A DNA stretch of 64,000 nucleotides from Macrostomum lignano (GCA_002269645.1 NIVC01003266.1:44170-108169), one strand, 5' to 3'. Shown: positions 37,171-51,349, counted from the first letter of the stretch. Translations and numbers: made by a program. The notes: generated from the letters alone by a model not told the origin.

Positions 37171-37407
37171 CTTTTTCATACTACTCTCCACTATCAGCAG
37201 TAGTCAATATAAACTATTTGTATAAATACCAAAAAATCAGGAGCACTGCTGAAGCGCCACTCACCGGTACATGGGATTTTCGCTTCCTCGATCCAATCGG
37301 AGTTGAAGACCCCGGCGTGTGTGCAGCTCTGTCCGGCGATCTGGCGAACTCCTTCATGACCAGGCTGTGCACCGACTGCTGGCTCTGCTGGGTGAATTCA
37401 GCAGAAG

Positions 37408-39175
37408 GTGTCACTCTCTCTCTCTCTCTCTGTCTCTGTCTCTTCAGTGTCATTCTACTCTCCCTCGTGCCACTCTACTCTCCCTCGTGCCACTCTACTC
37501 TCCCTCATGTCACTCTACTCTCCCTCGTGTCACTCTACTCTCCCTCGTGTCACTCTCTCTCTCTCTTCAGTGTCATTCTACTCTCCCTCGTGTCACTCTC
37601 TCTCTCTCTTCAGTGTCACTCTACTCTCCCTCGTGTCACTCTACTCTCCCTCATGTCACTCTACTCTCCCTCGTGTCACTATACTCTCCCTCGTGTTACT
37701 CTCTCTCTCTTCAGTGTCATTCTACTCTCCGCCAGTGTCACTCTACTCTCCCCCAGTGTCACTCTACTCTCCCTCAGTGTCACTCTACTCTCCCCCAGTG
37801 TCACTCTACTCTCCCTCAGTGTCACTCTACTCTCCCCCAGTGTCACTCTACTCTCCCTCAGTGTCACTCTACCAGTACTCTCCCTCGTGTCACTCTCTCT
37901 CTCTCTCTTCAGTGTCATTCTACTCTCCCTCGTGTCACTCTCTCTCTCTCTTCAGTGTCATTCTACTCTCCCTCGTGTCACTCTCTCTCTCTCTTCAGTG
38001 TCACTATACTCTCCCTCATGTCACTCTACTCTCCATAAGTGTTAATATAATCTCCCTCGTGTCACTCTAATCTCCCTCGTGTCACTCTAATCTCCCTCGT
38101 GTCACTCTAATCTCCCTCGTGTCACTCTAATCTCCCTCGTGTTACTCTAATCTCCCTCGTGTCACTCTAATCTCCCTCGTGTCACTCTAATCTCCCTCGT
38201 GTTACTCTAATCTCCCTCGTGTTACTCTAATCTCCCTCGTGTCACTCTAATCTCCCTCGTGTTACTCTAATCTCCCTCGTGTTACTCTAATCTCCCTCGT
38301 GTCACTCTACTCTCCATAAGTGTTAATCTAATCTCCCTCAGTGTCACTCTACTCTCCCTCAGTGTCACTCTACTCTCCCTCGTGTCACTCTACTCTCCAT
38401 AAGTGTTAATCTAATCTCCCTCAGTGTCACTCTACTCTCCCTCAGTGTCACTCTACTCTCCCCCAGTGTCACTCTACTCTCCCCCAGTGTCACTCTACTC
38501 TCCCCCAGTGTCACTCTACTCTCCCCCAGTGTCACTCTACTCTCCCCCAGTGTCACTCTACTCTCCCTCAGTGTCACTCTACTCTCCCTCACTGTCACTC
38601 TACTCTCCCTCAGTGTCACTCTACTCTCCCTCAGTGTCACTCTACTCTCCCCCAGTGTCACTCTACTCTCCCTCAGTGTCACTCTACTCTCCCTCAGTGT
38701 CACTCTACTCTCCCTCAGTGTCACTCTACTCTCCCTCAGTGTCACTCTACTCTCCCTCAGTGTCACTCTACTCTCCCTCAGTGTCACTCTACTCTCCCTC
38801 AGTGTCACTCTACTCTCCCTCAGTGTCACTCTACTCTCCCCCAGTGTCACTCTACTCTCCCTCAGTGTCACTCTACTCTCCCTCAGTGTCACTATAATCT
38901 CCCTCAGTGTCACTCTACTCTCCCTCAGTGTCACTATAATCTCCCTCAGTGTCACTCTACTCTCCCTCAGTGTCACTCTACTCTCCCTCAGTGTCACTCT
39001 ACTCTCCCCCAGTGTCACTCTACCCCCCTAGTGTCACTCTACTCTCTCTCAGTGTCACTCTCTCTCACTCTCCCTCAGTGTCTCTCTCTCTCCCTCTCCC
39101 TCAGTGTCACTATAATCTCCCTCAGTGTCACTCTACTCTCCCTCAGTGTCACTCTACTCTCCCTCAGTGTCACTC
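37408..39175. repeat. 21-bp minisatellite family (cagtgtcactctactctccct and variants)
   Basis: About 1.75 kb with sub-blocks of variant units (cgtgtcactctaatctccct). Confidence 0.97.
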
Positions 39176-40619
39176 TAGACTCCAGAGTCTAGTGTCATTA
39201 AGTTTCATCATTAAGTAAGTCAATGTCACTTTACTATCTACTATACTCTACTCCACTCCACTCTATTTTACTCTTACCCCAAATTACGCTTTTTTTGTCC
39301 TACTCCCAGTCCATATAGTCTATGGAACAAATAGGATATCAGTAAAACAAGCAGACTCCAGATGGCTCACCCAGCGGTCTCCAATTCCACCGATGACGCC
39401 CGCAATATTGTGCATGGCTTATTCTAATTTGTAGTTTTTGAAAACCTATGAAAGTTAAAAGATTTTTCTTGACTAAGCTGCTGCAGGTGATCAGGTCGCG
39501 GCCTTTTTATCCTTTCGTGCCGGCTGGCGGAAGTAGAAGTGGGATGAGAGCCCAAGCAAGGGTTTCAGCACTAGCTGTAAACAATATCTTGTCTCTAAGT
39601 CTCTTATTGCTGCCTCCGAAGCTGATTTCTAAACAGAAATTTTCGCTGAAAGTCTCCACCTAAAGCTGTCAGGCCTTGTGCTGGTGGTGAGGGGGTTTTA
39701 AATCGTTTCAGAGCTGAGATGCCTTATCAACACAGAAAATTATTAACTTCGGGGCCTAGGGGCCTGCTAAGCCTGTGGGGTGGAGGTTGAAGAGGCCGGA
39801 GATGCGATAAATAAACAGAGAACAGCTCGGAGAAACTGGGCACAGGCAGTGCTAGCAACTATAGCTGAAGATGCGGCGCAGATTGCTTGGCTTGTTGCTT
39901 TTGCAGAAGAGAAATTCAGTTTGGTGGCTTGCTGTGATGGAGAACTTTGCTTCAGAGAAGACGGGACAGAGGAATGGCGCTGGTTTTGCTGCTTTTGCTC
40001 CGGAAATTGGAGCTGAAACTGACTGCTATGGCTGTTCTTGATGCAGTCAGAGTTTTGCGATATGCCAAACTTTTATGTTAGCTCTGCTTGTCTGACTCCT
40101 GGAAATTTAGTAGGCTTTTCAAGAGACAGTCGTGCCTACTTATTTTTGAGTACAATTCTTATCCTGTGCTCATCCACGCATTTATGGCTGGGGAGAAGTC
40201 TTCTCTGGTTGGCTGGATCAAGAGCTAGTCTCTGTTGCTGTTTTGCTTCTAAAAGAATATTTTGGGGCTCGAGTGACCACTCCCCCCCTTGGCCTTTGTT
40301 GCAAACTCCCCTAATGCGGCCCCAATTACTCAAACTTCTCACACACCGGCCTCACCCCATTTCTCTGTGTCATTTCCGTTGAGAAGACCATATAATATAA
40401 GCTCAAAAGTTTGCTCTATAGAAATATTGTTTTCCAAACTCCATGGACTGCTACTGTCAACTGGACTGCGATACGCTTTTTCTCAAACAGAAGGAAGCTA
40501 AGAATTTCTTAGAAAGGAGATTGAAGGCCGGAAAGTAGCGAACATTTAGTGTGCTCTAGAGCAGGGATTGGCAAACATTGTTAACTAAAACCGTCAGATA
40601 GATAAGCTAGAGGCCGGAG

Positions 40620-40820
40620 GGGGAGAGAGGAGAGAGAATAGAGAAGAAAGATAGGAGAGACGAGAGACGAGAGGAGAGACGAAAGAGAAGAGGAGAGAGA
40701 GGAAAGTAGAGGAGACGAGAAAGAAGAGGAGAGAGAGGAAAGTAGAGGAGACGAGAAAGAAGAGGAGAGAGAGGAAAGTAGAGGAGACTAGAAAGAAGAG
40801 GAGAGAGAGGAAAGTAGAGA
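40620..40820. repeat. Purine-rich 36-bp tandem repeat
   Basis: gaagaggagagagaggaaagtagaggagacgagaaa, about 4 copies; period 36 measured. Confidence 0.9.
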
Positions 40821-41655
40821 GGCTTTAACATGTGGGCCGCGGGCCGGAGTTTCATGTCGATCTCTGCTCTGGAGGAATCGATTTTTCCTGTCCGAATTTG
40901 TCTATGGCAAACCCCCCCCCCCTGTTCAGCAGTGCGCGTTCTCCAGAGCCAGAGAACTAAATGCAGGAATTGTCTGACTTTTGCCAGCGAAAAATTATGC
41001 TCCGCACAAGTTTCCAGTCCAGATTAGCAGTCTAGTAGTCCCCGCGGTTAGTCAAAGCTCTCAACTCAGCTCCCAGCTCATACAGGCACAGACTGGTCTC
41101 AAAGAGCTTCAGACGCCCGGGTTCTCCCCCCATTTTTCGGGGAAGTTCAGTCATTTCCATGTCTCCCAAGTGTTCCCTCTATGAGCCCCCCCCCTACCTT
41201 TTGTTCTTGTTTATGCAAGCCAAGCCCATAGGAGACGAATATACGAGTGAAATATTAATATCTATACTCATCAAAGTTGAACACAGAAAAAAGTTCGTTA
41301 CTACCGGCTGTACAAGCGGATGTTTAGTTTGTTTATTTGACAATTTGAAACTTGGAAACTTTGCAATAAAGATTCATATTTTTATAGATTTGGATTCAAC
41401 ATTTATTTTTGCTGCAGCAGCAGGAAGTGGATTTCTTCCGAAGCTCTTAATGGTTGTTGCTATGCCATATGGGCCTGTCAACATCCTGTCTGTCTTAATA
41501 TTGTGCTCATCCGGAACTGGAGTCTGAACTGAATCACTCACTTCCTGTCCGAGGGGAATTGTTCTTGACTAAGATTCTTTTTGACTCAAGCGTGATGATT
41601 CATGAGCCTTAAGTACTCTGGATTTTAACTTTTTTATCTTTGAGTACCTGTTATA

Positions 41656-41735
<80 letters not shown>

Positions 41736-42040
41736 TTTTCAATTGATCACAACTGCCCTAATGACCAGATGTGCAACCGATAGCTCAGCCGCAGCTATTG
41801 CGCGGCGCATCTGAAGGCTGCGTACGGCTGTTCAGTCCAAGGACTGGGGGGTCGCCACACACAGCCTCAATTACCCCAGCTAATGCTGGCACCCATTTTA
41901 CAGCTGGGTGAACTGAAGCAATGCAGTGTTAAGTGTCTTGCTCAAGGACACAAATTGTTCCGAGTATAGGTCGAGAATCGAACCCCTGACATTTCAGTCG
42001 TGACTCGTGAGTTTCATGGTGCTCTAACCACTACATGTAG
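41656..42040 (-). mobile_element. tRNA-derived SINE with conserved central domain and (TTA)n tail
   Basis: Minus strand: A-box tggttagagc (42030-42021), B-box ggttcgattc (41984-41975), gtgtccttgagcaagacacttaac and cagctgtaaaatggg (V/Meta/CORE-type central motifs), ending in the (ATA)n tract 41658-41735. Confidence 0.8.
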
Positions 42041-42481
42041 GATAAAACACCCTACAATCTGGTTATGTATGCAGCTGATTGGTAGCATGAAGTTTTGGCC
42101 ATAGACTAAAACTTAATTTTTGTGATTAAAATTTTTAATTTAACGCAGCTTTCTTGTCTACTGAACTGTCTCTGTCATGGGCCAACCAAGCTAGCGGCTA
42201 CGAGTACAAAATTAAGACACCGACAACGACCATAGACAGCGGCTCTGCCAGTGAGAAATGAATAAATGATTCCCATTCCCACTCTATTCATTTCCATGGC
42301 CCGTAGGCAAGCCTGCGGATTTGAAATAGATAAATTGGGAATGAACTATACTTAATTACTTAACTACGTTTCAAAAGTTGGAATAGACGCACAGTAAGGT
42401 ACGTTTTATGGGCCAAAGTTGGTGAGTTCACACTCATTGATGCATTATTCATGTAGTTTTGAAGCAGTAAGGAATATCTTC

Positions 42482-45400
42482 TCTCCTGTCCTGGTTCCTG
42501 TCCTGTCATTTCCTGTCCTGTCCTGTCCTCTCCTGTCCTGTCATTTCCTGTCCTGTCCTGTCCTGTCCTGTCCTGTCCTGTCCTGTCCTGTCCTGTCCTG
42601 TCCTGTCATTTCCTGTCCTGTCCTGTCCTGTCATGTCCTGTCCTGTCATTTCCTGTCCTGTCCTCTCCTGTCCTCTCCTGTCCTGTCCTCTCCTGTCCTC
42701 TCCTGTCCTGTCCTCTCCTGTCCTCTCCTGTCCTGTCATTTCCTGTCCTGTCCTGTCCTGTCATTTCCTGTCCTGTCCTCTCCTGTCCTGTCATTTCCTG
42801 TCCTGTCCTGTCCTGTCCGGTCCTGTCCTGTCCTGTCCTGTCCTGTCTTGTCCTCTCCTGTCCTGTCATTTCCTGTCCTGTCCTGTCCTGTCCTGTCATT
42901 TCCCGTCCTGTCCTCTCCTGTCCTCTCCTGTCCTGTCATTTCCTGTCCTGTCCTGTCCTGTCCTGTCCTGTCATTTCCCGTCCTGTCCTCTCCTGTCCTC
43001 TCCTGTCCTGTCATTTCCTGTCCTGTCCTGTCCTGTCCTGTCCTGTCATTTCCTGTCCTGTCCTCTCCTGTCCTCTCCTGTCCTGTCATTTCCTGTCCTG
43101 TCCTGTCCTGTCCTCTCCTGTCCTGTCCTATCATTTCCTGTCCTGTCCTGTCCTGTCCTGTCCTGTCATTTCCTGTCCTGTCCTCTCCTGTCCTCTCATG
43201 TCTTGTCCTGTGCTGTCCTGTCCTGTCCTGTCCTGTCCTGTCCTGTCCTGTCCTGTCCTGTCCTGTCCTGTCATTTCCTGTCCTGTCCTGTCCTGTCCTC
43301 TCCTGTCCTGTCATTTCCTGTCCTGTCCTGTCCTGTCCTGTCCTGTCATTTCCTGTCCTGTCCTCTCCTGTCCTCTCCTGTCCTGTCATTTCCTGTCCTG
43401 TCCTGTCCTGTCATTTCCTGTCCTGTCCTGTCCTCTCCTGTCCTGTCATTTCCTGTCCTGTCCTGTCCTGTCCTGTCCTGTCCTGTCCTGTCCTGTCCTG
43501 TCCTGTCCTGTCATTTCCTGTCCTGTCCTGTCCTGTCATGTCCTGTCCTGTCATTTCCTGTCCTGTCCTCTCCTGTCCTCTCCTGTCCTGTCCTCTCCTG
43601 TCCTCTCCTGTCCTGTCCTCTCCTGTCCTCTCCTGTCCTGTCATTTCCTGTCCTGTCCTGTCCTGTCATTTCCTGTCCTGTCCTCTCCTGTCCTGTCATT
43701 TCCTGTCCTGTCCTGTCCTGTCCGGTCCTGTCCTGTCCTGTCCTGTCCTGTCTTGTCCTCTCCTGTCCTGTCATTTCCTGTCCTGTCCTGTCCTGTCCTG
43801 TCCTGTCATTTCCCGTCCTGTCCTCTCCTGTCCTCTCCTGTCCTGTCATTTCCTGTCCTGTCCTGTCCTGTCCTGTCCTGTCATTTCCCGTCCTGTCCTC
43901 TCCTGTCCTCTCCTGTCCTGTCATTTCCTGTCCTGTCCTGTCCTGTCCTGTCCTGTCATTTCCTGTCCTGTCCTCTCCTGTCCTCTCCTGTCCTGTCATT
44001 TCCTGTCCTGTCCTGTCCTGTCCTCTCCTGTCCTGTCCTATCATTTCCTGTCCTGTCCTGTCCTGTCCTGTCCTGTCATTTCCTGTCCTGTCCTCTCCTG
44101 TCCTCTCATGTCTTGTCCTGTGCTGTCCTGTCCTGTCCTGTCCTGTCCTGTCCTGTCCTGTCCTGTCCTGTCCTGTCCTGTCATTTCCTGTCCTGTCCTG
44201 TCCTGTCCTCTCCTGTCCTGTCATTTCCTGTCCTGTCCTGTCCTGTCCTGTCCTGTCATTTCCTGTCCTGTCCTCTCCTGTCCTCTCCTGTCCTGTCATT
44301 TCCTGTCCTGTCCTGTCCTGTCATTTCCTGTCCTGTCCTCTCCTGTCCTGTCATTTCCTGTCCTGTCCTGTCCTGTCCTGTCCTGTCCTGTCATTTCCTG
44401 TCCTGTCCTGTCCTGTCCTGTCCTGTCATTTCCTGTCCTGTCCTCTCCTGTCCTCTCATGTCTTGTCCTGTGCTGTCCTGTCCTGTCCTGTCATTTCCTG
44501 TCCTGTCCTGTGCTGTCCTGTCCTGTCCTGTCATTTCCTGTCCTGTCCTGTCCTGTCCTCTCCTGTCCTGTCCTGTCATTTCCTGTCCTGTCCTGTCCTG
44601 TCCTGTCATTTCCTGTCCTGTCCTCTCCTGTCCTGTCATTTCCTGTCCTGTCCTGTCCTGTCCTGTCCTGTCATTTCCTGTCCTGTCCTCTCCTGTCCTC
44701 TCCTGTCCTGTCCTCTCCTGTCCTCTCCTGTCCTGTCATTTCCTGTCCTGTCCTGTCCTGTCATTTCCTGTCCTGTCCTCTCCTGTCCTGTCATTTCCTG
44801 TCCTGTCCTGTCCTGTCCTGTCCTGTCCTGTCCTGTCCTGTCCTGTCCTGTCCTGTCCTGTCCTGTCCTGTCCTGTCCTGTCCTGTCCTGTCCTGTCATT
44901 TCCTGTCCTGTCCTCTCCTGTCCTCTCATGTCTTGTCCTGTGCTGTCCTGTCCTGTCCTGTCCTGTCCTGTCCTGTCCTGTCCTGTCCTGTCCTGTCCTG
45001 TCCTGTCATTTCCTGTCCTGTCCTCTCCTGTCCTCTCCTGTCCTGTCATTTCCTGTCCTGTCCTGTCCTGTCATTTCCTGTCCTGTCCTCTCCTGTCCTG
45101 TCATTTCCTGTCCTGTCCTGTCCTGTCCTGTCCTGTCCTGTCATTTCCTGTCCTGTCCTGTCCTGTCCTGTCCTGTCATTTCCTGTCCTGTCCTCTCCTG
45201 TCCTCTCATGTCTTGTCCTGTGCTGTCCTGTCCTGTCCTGTCATTTCCTGTCCTGTCCTGTGCTGTCCTGTCCTGTCCTGTCATTTCCTGTCCTGTCCTG
45301 TCCTGTCCTCTCCTGTCCTGTCCTGTCATTTCCTGTCCTGTCCTGTCCTGTCCTGTCATTTCCTGTCCTGTCCTCTCCTGTCCTCTCATGTCTTGTCCTG

Positions 45401-45900
45401 TGCTGTCCTGTCCTGTCCTGTCCTGTCCTGTCCTGTCCTGTCCTGTCCTGTCCTGTCCTGTCCTGTCCTGTCATTTCCTGTCCTGTCCTCTCCTGTCCTC
45501 TCCTGTCCTGTCATTTCCTGTCCTGTCCTGTCCTGTCCTGTCCTGTCATTTCCTGTCCTGTCCTGTCCTGTCCTGTCCTGTCATTTCCTGTCCTGTCCTC
45601 TCCTGTCCTCTCCTGTCCTGTCATTTCCTGTCCTGTCCTGTCCTGTCATTTCCTGTCCTGTCCTCTCCTGTCCTGTCATTTCCTGTCCTGTCCTGTCCTG
45701 TCCTGTCCTGTCCTGTCCTGTCCTGTCCTGTCCTGTCCTGTCCTGTCCTGTCCTGTCCTGTCCTGTCCTGTCCTGTCCTGTCCTGTCCTGTCATTTCCTG
45801 TCCTGTCCTCTCCTGTCCTCTCATGTCTTGTCCTGTGCTGTCCTGTCCTGTCCTGTCATTTCCTGTCCTGTCCTCTCCTGTCCTCTCCTGTCCTGTCATT
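42482..45900. repeat. (TCCTG)n pentamer satellite, 3.4 kb, with higher-order blocks
   Basis: tcctg units with tcatt, tctcc and tcatg variants; source of the 1263-aa CPVLS ORF. Confidence 0.98.
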
Positions 45901-46459
45901 TCCTTTCGTCTCTCCTCTCTTTTCTCGATCCCTTCTAACTTCTTTCTTCACTTCTCTTCCCTTCTTAGTCAGCCGCCACCATCATCCCTTTACCCCTGGG
46001 CCTGCTGCCAGTCTGCAGTTGGACTCTGCTGGTCTCACCCCCCCCCGTGATTCTCACGCCCGTGCGTGCCAGACTTCGAAGTGCTCATTTTGCAGTCCTG
46101 ACCCTTGCCCAGCTACTCAACACCAGTTCCATCTCGTCCTACTCAAAGCCGTGCTCAACCGGGAGTACGCACACATGGCATTGGCTGTGTCTGCGCGTAC
46201 CAAAACGTGATTAAACCCAAATCCCGTCGGGTATAGCCGGATTGAGTGAGGGGAGGGGTGAATTGCTAGAAACCCAAAGCGACTCAGGAGGAGACCAGAA
46301 ACACAGAGGAAGGCGAATTTGGGCTGGAAGCGTCGAGTTGCTGTTCTCTCGATCTCCGTCGCTCTTCCCTCCCGCGTCTCGTCTCCCTCGGATGTCGCGG
46401 ATCCCCGCCTCCCGCCCCAAGTCGAAAATCGCGCATCCAGTCATCTTTCCTGGCCTGCC

Positions 46460-46472
<13 letters not shown>

Positions 46473-46526
<54 letters not shown>
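46473..46526. repeat. (GA)n microsatellite
   Basis: Visible run. Confidence 0.97.
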
Positions 46527-46527
<1 letters not shown>

Positions 46528-48983
46528 AACACATGTAGCTATGGCATGTATGTACTAAAGACTACTCTCCATCCCCAGGTCCGCTTTGATGTAAATACAT
46601 GTATATATATAAATACACCGTCTCAACTCCCAGAATCTTTCTCTTTGCTGCCCAGCGAGCTCATACGCCGTACTCATGCGGATCTTTAGTTATTTACTAG
46701 ATCAGCGACCGCACAGATAGATTTTGTAAGCAATTGCCGGATTATTTTTATGCGTGAAACTACCGAGAATTCGTCTAGCACCGATTCTCTTGTGTTGCTG
46801 ACCAGCCAAGATAATCCAGATTTAAATGGCTTTCACTTGTTAGCACCACAAGAAATCGGTGTCATATTCTCTTTCTACATCAGTGTAGCGAATACGCTCG
46901 TACATGGTCTGGCCTTTTGCTTTGATGATGATTACGGCATTCAACTCTATTATTGTTGAGCAGTTTTTATGCACTCTTGCTGCATGATAGCGAAGCAGAC
47001 AGCTGACATTTACATTAGGCTCAAGTTATCCCAGTGGTTTTTCTTTTCTGGTACTTGACCGATTTTGTCTCTAATTTTTAGTACGAGTATGGAACTCCTC
47101 GCATTAACAGTGTCCGAGCGCCGAGCGGTAATATAAAGGCACTATTTTTGCTGCTGTTAATAATGCACCAAGTTCTCAATTCGAGCTAGCCGTGGACTGA
47201 AATTTCCCGGCACGGCTGACCGTTGCTCCTCTTTAATTGATTTCCTGTAACGGACTATTCCCTTTTTTATTTTCTGCATTCCAACCAGCAGGTAATTTTA
47301 CTTTCTTTGGAAAATTGTGTAAGTCAACGCTTAAATACTTGTTTCTGGAACCAAAACTCCGAGTTAAAAGGAACCGCGAGTGCTAACAACCAAGGTGGAA
47401 AACTTTATATATTTAAAGTTAATGCGGGGGGAGTTAGGTGGGGTGCGCGGCGTAGATAATGTAACAAAAATCGTTTTAAACAAAAAAAAAGTGATCATTC
47501 AAGCCAACATTACGATACTTAAGCAAAATTTTACGCTTCTAAACAAAAAGGCGTTTTGTGGCGACAATTCAAAATAGCGCCTGCCTCACTATACCTAGTA
47601 TAGTCTTATTTTCAGGTAATACAACACTGTCAAAATACCACTTTTATTAATTTGATTACATACGTGCAAAAAGAGAAAATTTATGTATACAGTTCTGTCA
47701 AAAAATTGACAATAAATTGAAGCGATAAAACTTTCGGTCCTTTATTCCAATGAATATTTTTAGCGATGCTGTTGATCACTTCGACAAATTGTTTCATAAG
47801 TCTCCAGCCGATTTTGGTGGGACATTACTTTATACAACACATCGACTTGTCACTCGCATACACAACGAACCTTAGCTTTTCAGTAAAAAAAATCAGGTAT
47901 AATATTACTTTGTGATTTAAATGATAAAAAAGGCAATAAAAAGCTGTTCATTTTTTCTTTTTGCTATGAAAATTCATACAATAATTGTTTATTTCAAGGT
48001 GAAAATAATTGGCGCACGATATCAACTTTTTAATTTTCAAAGAAACAAAAAATCCGTAATGCGGATGCGCTTTTTGACTGTTGTCCTTTGATTTTTTATT
48101 TTGTTTTTGTTTTTTTATATCTTCTTCACTGGCATAGTAGCTAGAGTTGAGCTGATTGTTTTTTTTATCCTTGTGAATAATTAAAAATATAGTTTTGTCC
48201 GTAATGCCTAAGCTGTTTCTGTTGGTCATTTTCTTGAATTCCACTCTAAAGTAAAGTGCTAACTAGTGCTAAACAGCAGCAAGTCTATATGAATATTTGA
48301 GACTTAGATTAATTGATTTCATTTATCTGAAACTAACTGGTTGAATATTAAAAAATTATGATACAAACAAGTTTATTCCTTTGTTAGATACGAGTATAAA
48401 TCAAAACTATGGAATTGAATGATTGATTGAGTTGAGTGTTATCTATAGTTTTGCTACTTTGCCTGTTTTTAATTGAAAAAAAACCAAATAGAATATTGAA
48501 ACTCGAAAAAGTAAATAATACAAATGACTCAGTAGATATTGTCATTTCTCAGTAGAAAATGTCTATGCCACAATTTTAAATACCTTGCTATATTATTTAT
48601 GGGTATAAAAACATGAAATAGTCAACCAAACTTGTATATGCTTTTAATCAGAATATCCCTAATGTTTCAGATAGCTTATCTAAAACAAATGGACTGTAAC
48701 TGAAAAAGTAATTTAATTTATTAGTTTATTTATTGGTTTGTTAAAATCATTTGATATCCTTAGAATAGTTATTATGGTTATAAATAGATAGAAGAAATTG
48801 GTTGAAACACTAACTATTCTAACTATATAATGCAGCTAAATGGTTATGTTTTTGTAACAATTTCATTTATTAACTTACTAGTTAGCTCATGTATACTACT
48901 TTTAACAAAAATAAAATTTGAGTTTTTACCTGACTATGTTTCTTTTTTAGCCAAAAATATGTAATCAAAGATATATGCAATTA

Positions 48984-49212
<229 letters not shown>

Positions 49213-49237
49213 ACCAGCAGTCTTCTCTGTCCCGCAG

Positions 49238-49560
49238 CCGGTCTCACAGACCCTGGTGAGTCAGCGGAAGCCGCAGCGCTCCGAGAGCTGGCTGAGGAGA
49301 CGGGGTTCAGCGGCTCCGTGGTCGGGCAGGTGTCGCCCAGGTGCGCTGCAGAGTGCAGCATCAGCAGCGCCGATGAAGTGTTCGTCAGCGTGGCCTGTCA
49401 GTCGCGGGGCGCGCAGGCCTCAGAGACGGACGAAGACATTGAAGTGGTTCTGGTGCCAGCAAAACAGCTGCTGCAGACTCTGGACTCCATGGCCAGGGAG
49501 GGCTGCTTGATTTGTTCGAGATTGCAGGCGTTTGCCGTTGGCTTGGCATTTAATATTTAA
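49238..49560 (+). CDS. NUDT5: 3' exon of a NUDT5-like ADP-ribose pyrophosphatase (Nudix hydrolase)
   Basis: Acceptor ctctgtcccgcag|cc; (A)[23 protein letters not shown] is a complete Nudix box GX5EX7REUXEEXGU; [18 protein letters not shown]...[12 protein letters not shown] resembles the NUDT5 C-terminus. Stop at 49558-49560. Upstream exons not recognised. Confidence 0.8.
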
Positions 49561-49751
49561 TTTTGTTCCTTCAATTAATTAAAATTACGAAATATGGTGA
49601 CTATTGCCTACTTACAAAGTGCCAGCAGTAGTGTGATGTGAATTTTTTATATAGAATGTAAAAAATACACACATTTTTCAATTTGCTCTCATAATAATAA
49701 TAGCAATAGTTGCAGGAAGACTAATTGTCGTGCACACAAGCCCTAAATGAA

Positions 49752-49815
49752 TTGGAATCGAACCAAGGTTGCGGCGCGAGAGTCTGACACTTTTATCGCT
49801 GAGCTGCTCTACCTG
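49752..49815 (-). mobile_element. Degenerate tRNA-derived SINE head
   Basis: Minus strand agcagctcagcgataa...ccttGGTTCGATTCC has A- and B-box-like motifs. Confidence 0.45.
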
Positions 49816-50394
49816 CAGTCTCCCCCTCTCTTTCCCTCTCTCCCTCTCTCTTCCCTCCTCCGTTAAATGCGTGTTTTCAGAACATTATAATTAAAAAAAG
49901 AACAGAACATTAAAAAAAGTGCTAAATTCTTGTATATTTAGTTTCAGCTGTTTGTAAAAAACTTGAGTGACTCGATCTTGAATTTGTTTATTTTTTCTTA
50001 TATTTCTACTATGAGTAGAGCAAATTGAATATGAAATTCGCAGCTGATTTTACGCGGGTGTTGGGGACAGACTTGTCTTTCTGCTAGGTGCTTATAACGA
50101 ACTGTTTTTGTTTAACTAGTGTTATAAAAATATTCGATTTTAAAGTTGCATGTAACTTGGTTATAAATATGGAAGTTAATTTTGAGTTGTTTCAACGACA
50201 TTAGCAAACAACTCTGCTAAGAATTTTATTAAAGTTTTGTTTGCATTTAGCAAACTGGTAAACATTCTGCAATACTTCAGTTAGTATTCACAAGGCGCTT
50301 CAGCCGACTCCGGTTACAGCTTGAATGCCAGGAACTGGACCAGTTCTGAACTACAAACTCTAAGGTACTAATTCAGGAGGTATATGTAGCCACT

Positions 50395-50625
50395 ATGACC
50401 TACCCTTCCTGACCTACCCATCCTGACCTACCCATCCTGACCCAACCATCCTGACCTACCCATCCTGACCCACCCATAACTGACCTACCCACCCTGACCC
50501 ACCCATAACTGACCTACCCACCCTGACCCACCCATAACTGACCTACCCACCCTGGCCTACCCACCCTGACCTACCCACCCTGACCTACCCATCCTGACCT
50601 ACCCACCCTGACCCACCCATAACTG
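50395..50625. repeat. 15-16-bp minisatellite (cctgacctacccatc)
   Basis: About 15 degenerate units. Confidence 0.9.
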
Positions 50626-50649
50626 ACGCAACTCATCCGATCCATCCTT

Positions 50650-51160
50650 CTAGACGTGGCTTGTCTCGCTGTACACGCAGCCGTCAGATCTTCGCCGGTG
50701 CCCAGCATCAGCTGCGGCGAAGTCTCCCAGGTCCTGATAGTCATTGGCGTTGCTGCAGGCTGTCAAGGCTGTCACCGCGCCAGCCGATCGTCGAGCTGCT
50801 GAACAGCAGTCAGCAGCGATGCCTCTGATTGGCTGCGGCAACTGCAGCTGTTGCTGCTGGGGATGAAGTTTGCGCTGGTTCTGCCGTCGCGGCCGCGGAG
50901 CTGGCAGAGTTGCTGAATTAACCGACGGTCCCGACATTGACTGCTGCTGCTGTTGCGGCGCCGGTGGCAACTGATCGCTGCGATTATCGTAGAAGCCGCA
51001 GGTGCCGCTGAGCGAATGCGGCAGGCCGGCCAGGGACAGCGGCACGGTGGACGTCGAGTACAGGATCTCGTGAGAGTCATCGCACTCCCCGCGACTAGCG
51101 GCCTCCTTGGCTTTGAACCTGCGGCAGATGCGTTCGGTGTTCGCTTGGGTTTCACTTGCA

Positions 51161-51245
<85 letters not shown>

Positions 51246-51312
51246 TAGTGTCTTAGTGTCTGTCTGTCTGTCTGTATGTCCGTCTGTCTGTATGTCTGTC
51301 TGTCTGTCTGTG

Positions 51313-51349
<37 letters not shown>

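Noticed and set aside
39420-41620. Ser/Ala/Gln-rich open stretches, possibly Gag-like or extra homeobox exons
   Set aside because: No motif or consistent splice phase I could support.
42419-46210. 1263-aa and overlapping long ORFs (CPVLS, TGQDR)
   Set aside because: They are translations of the stop-free (TCCTG)n satellite; all frames are open and there is no domain signal.
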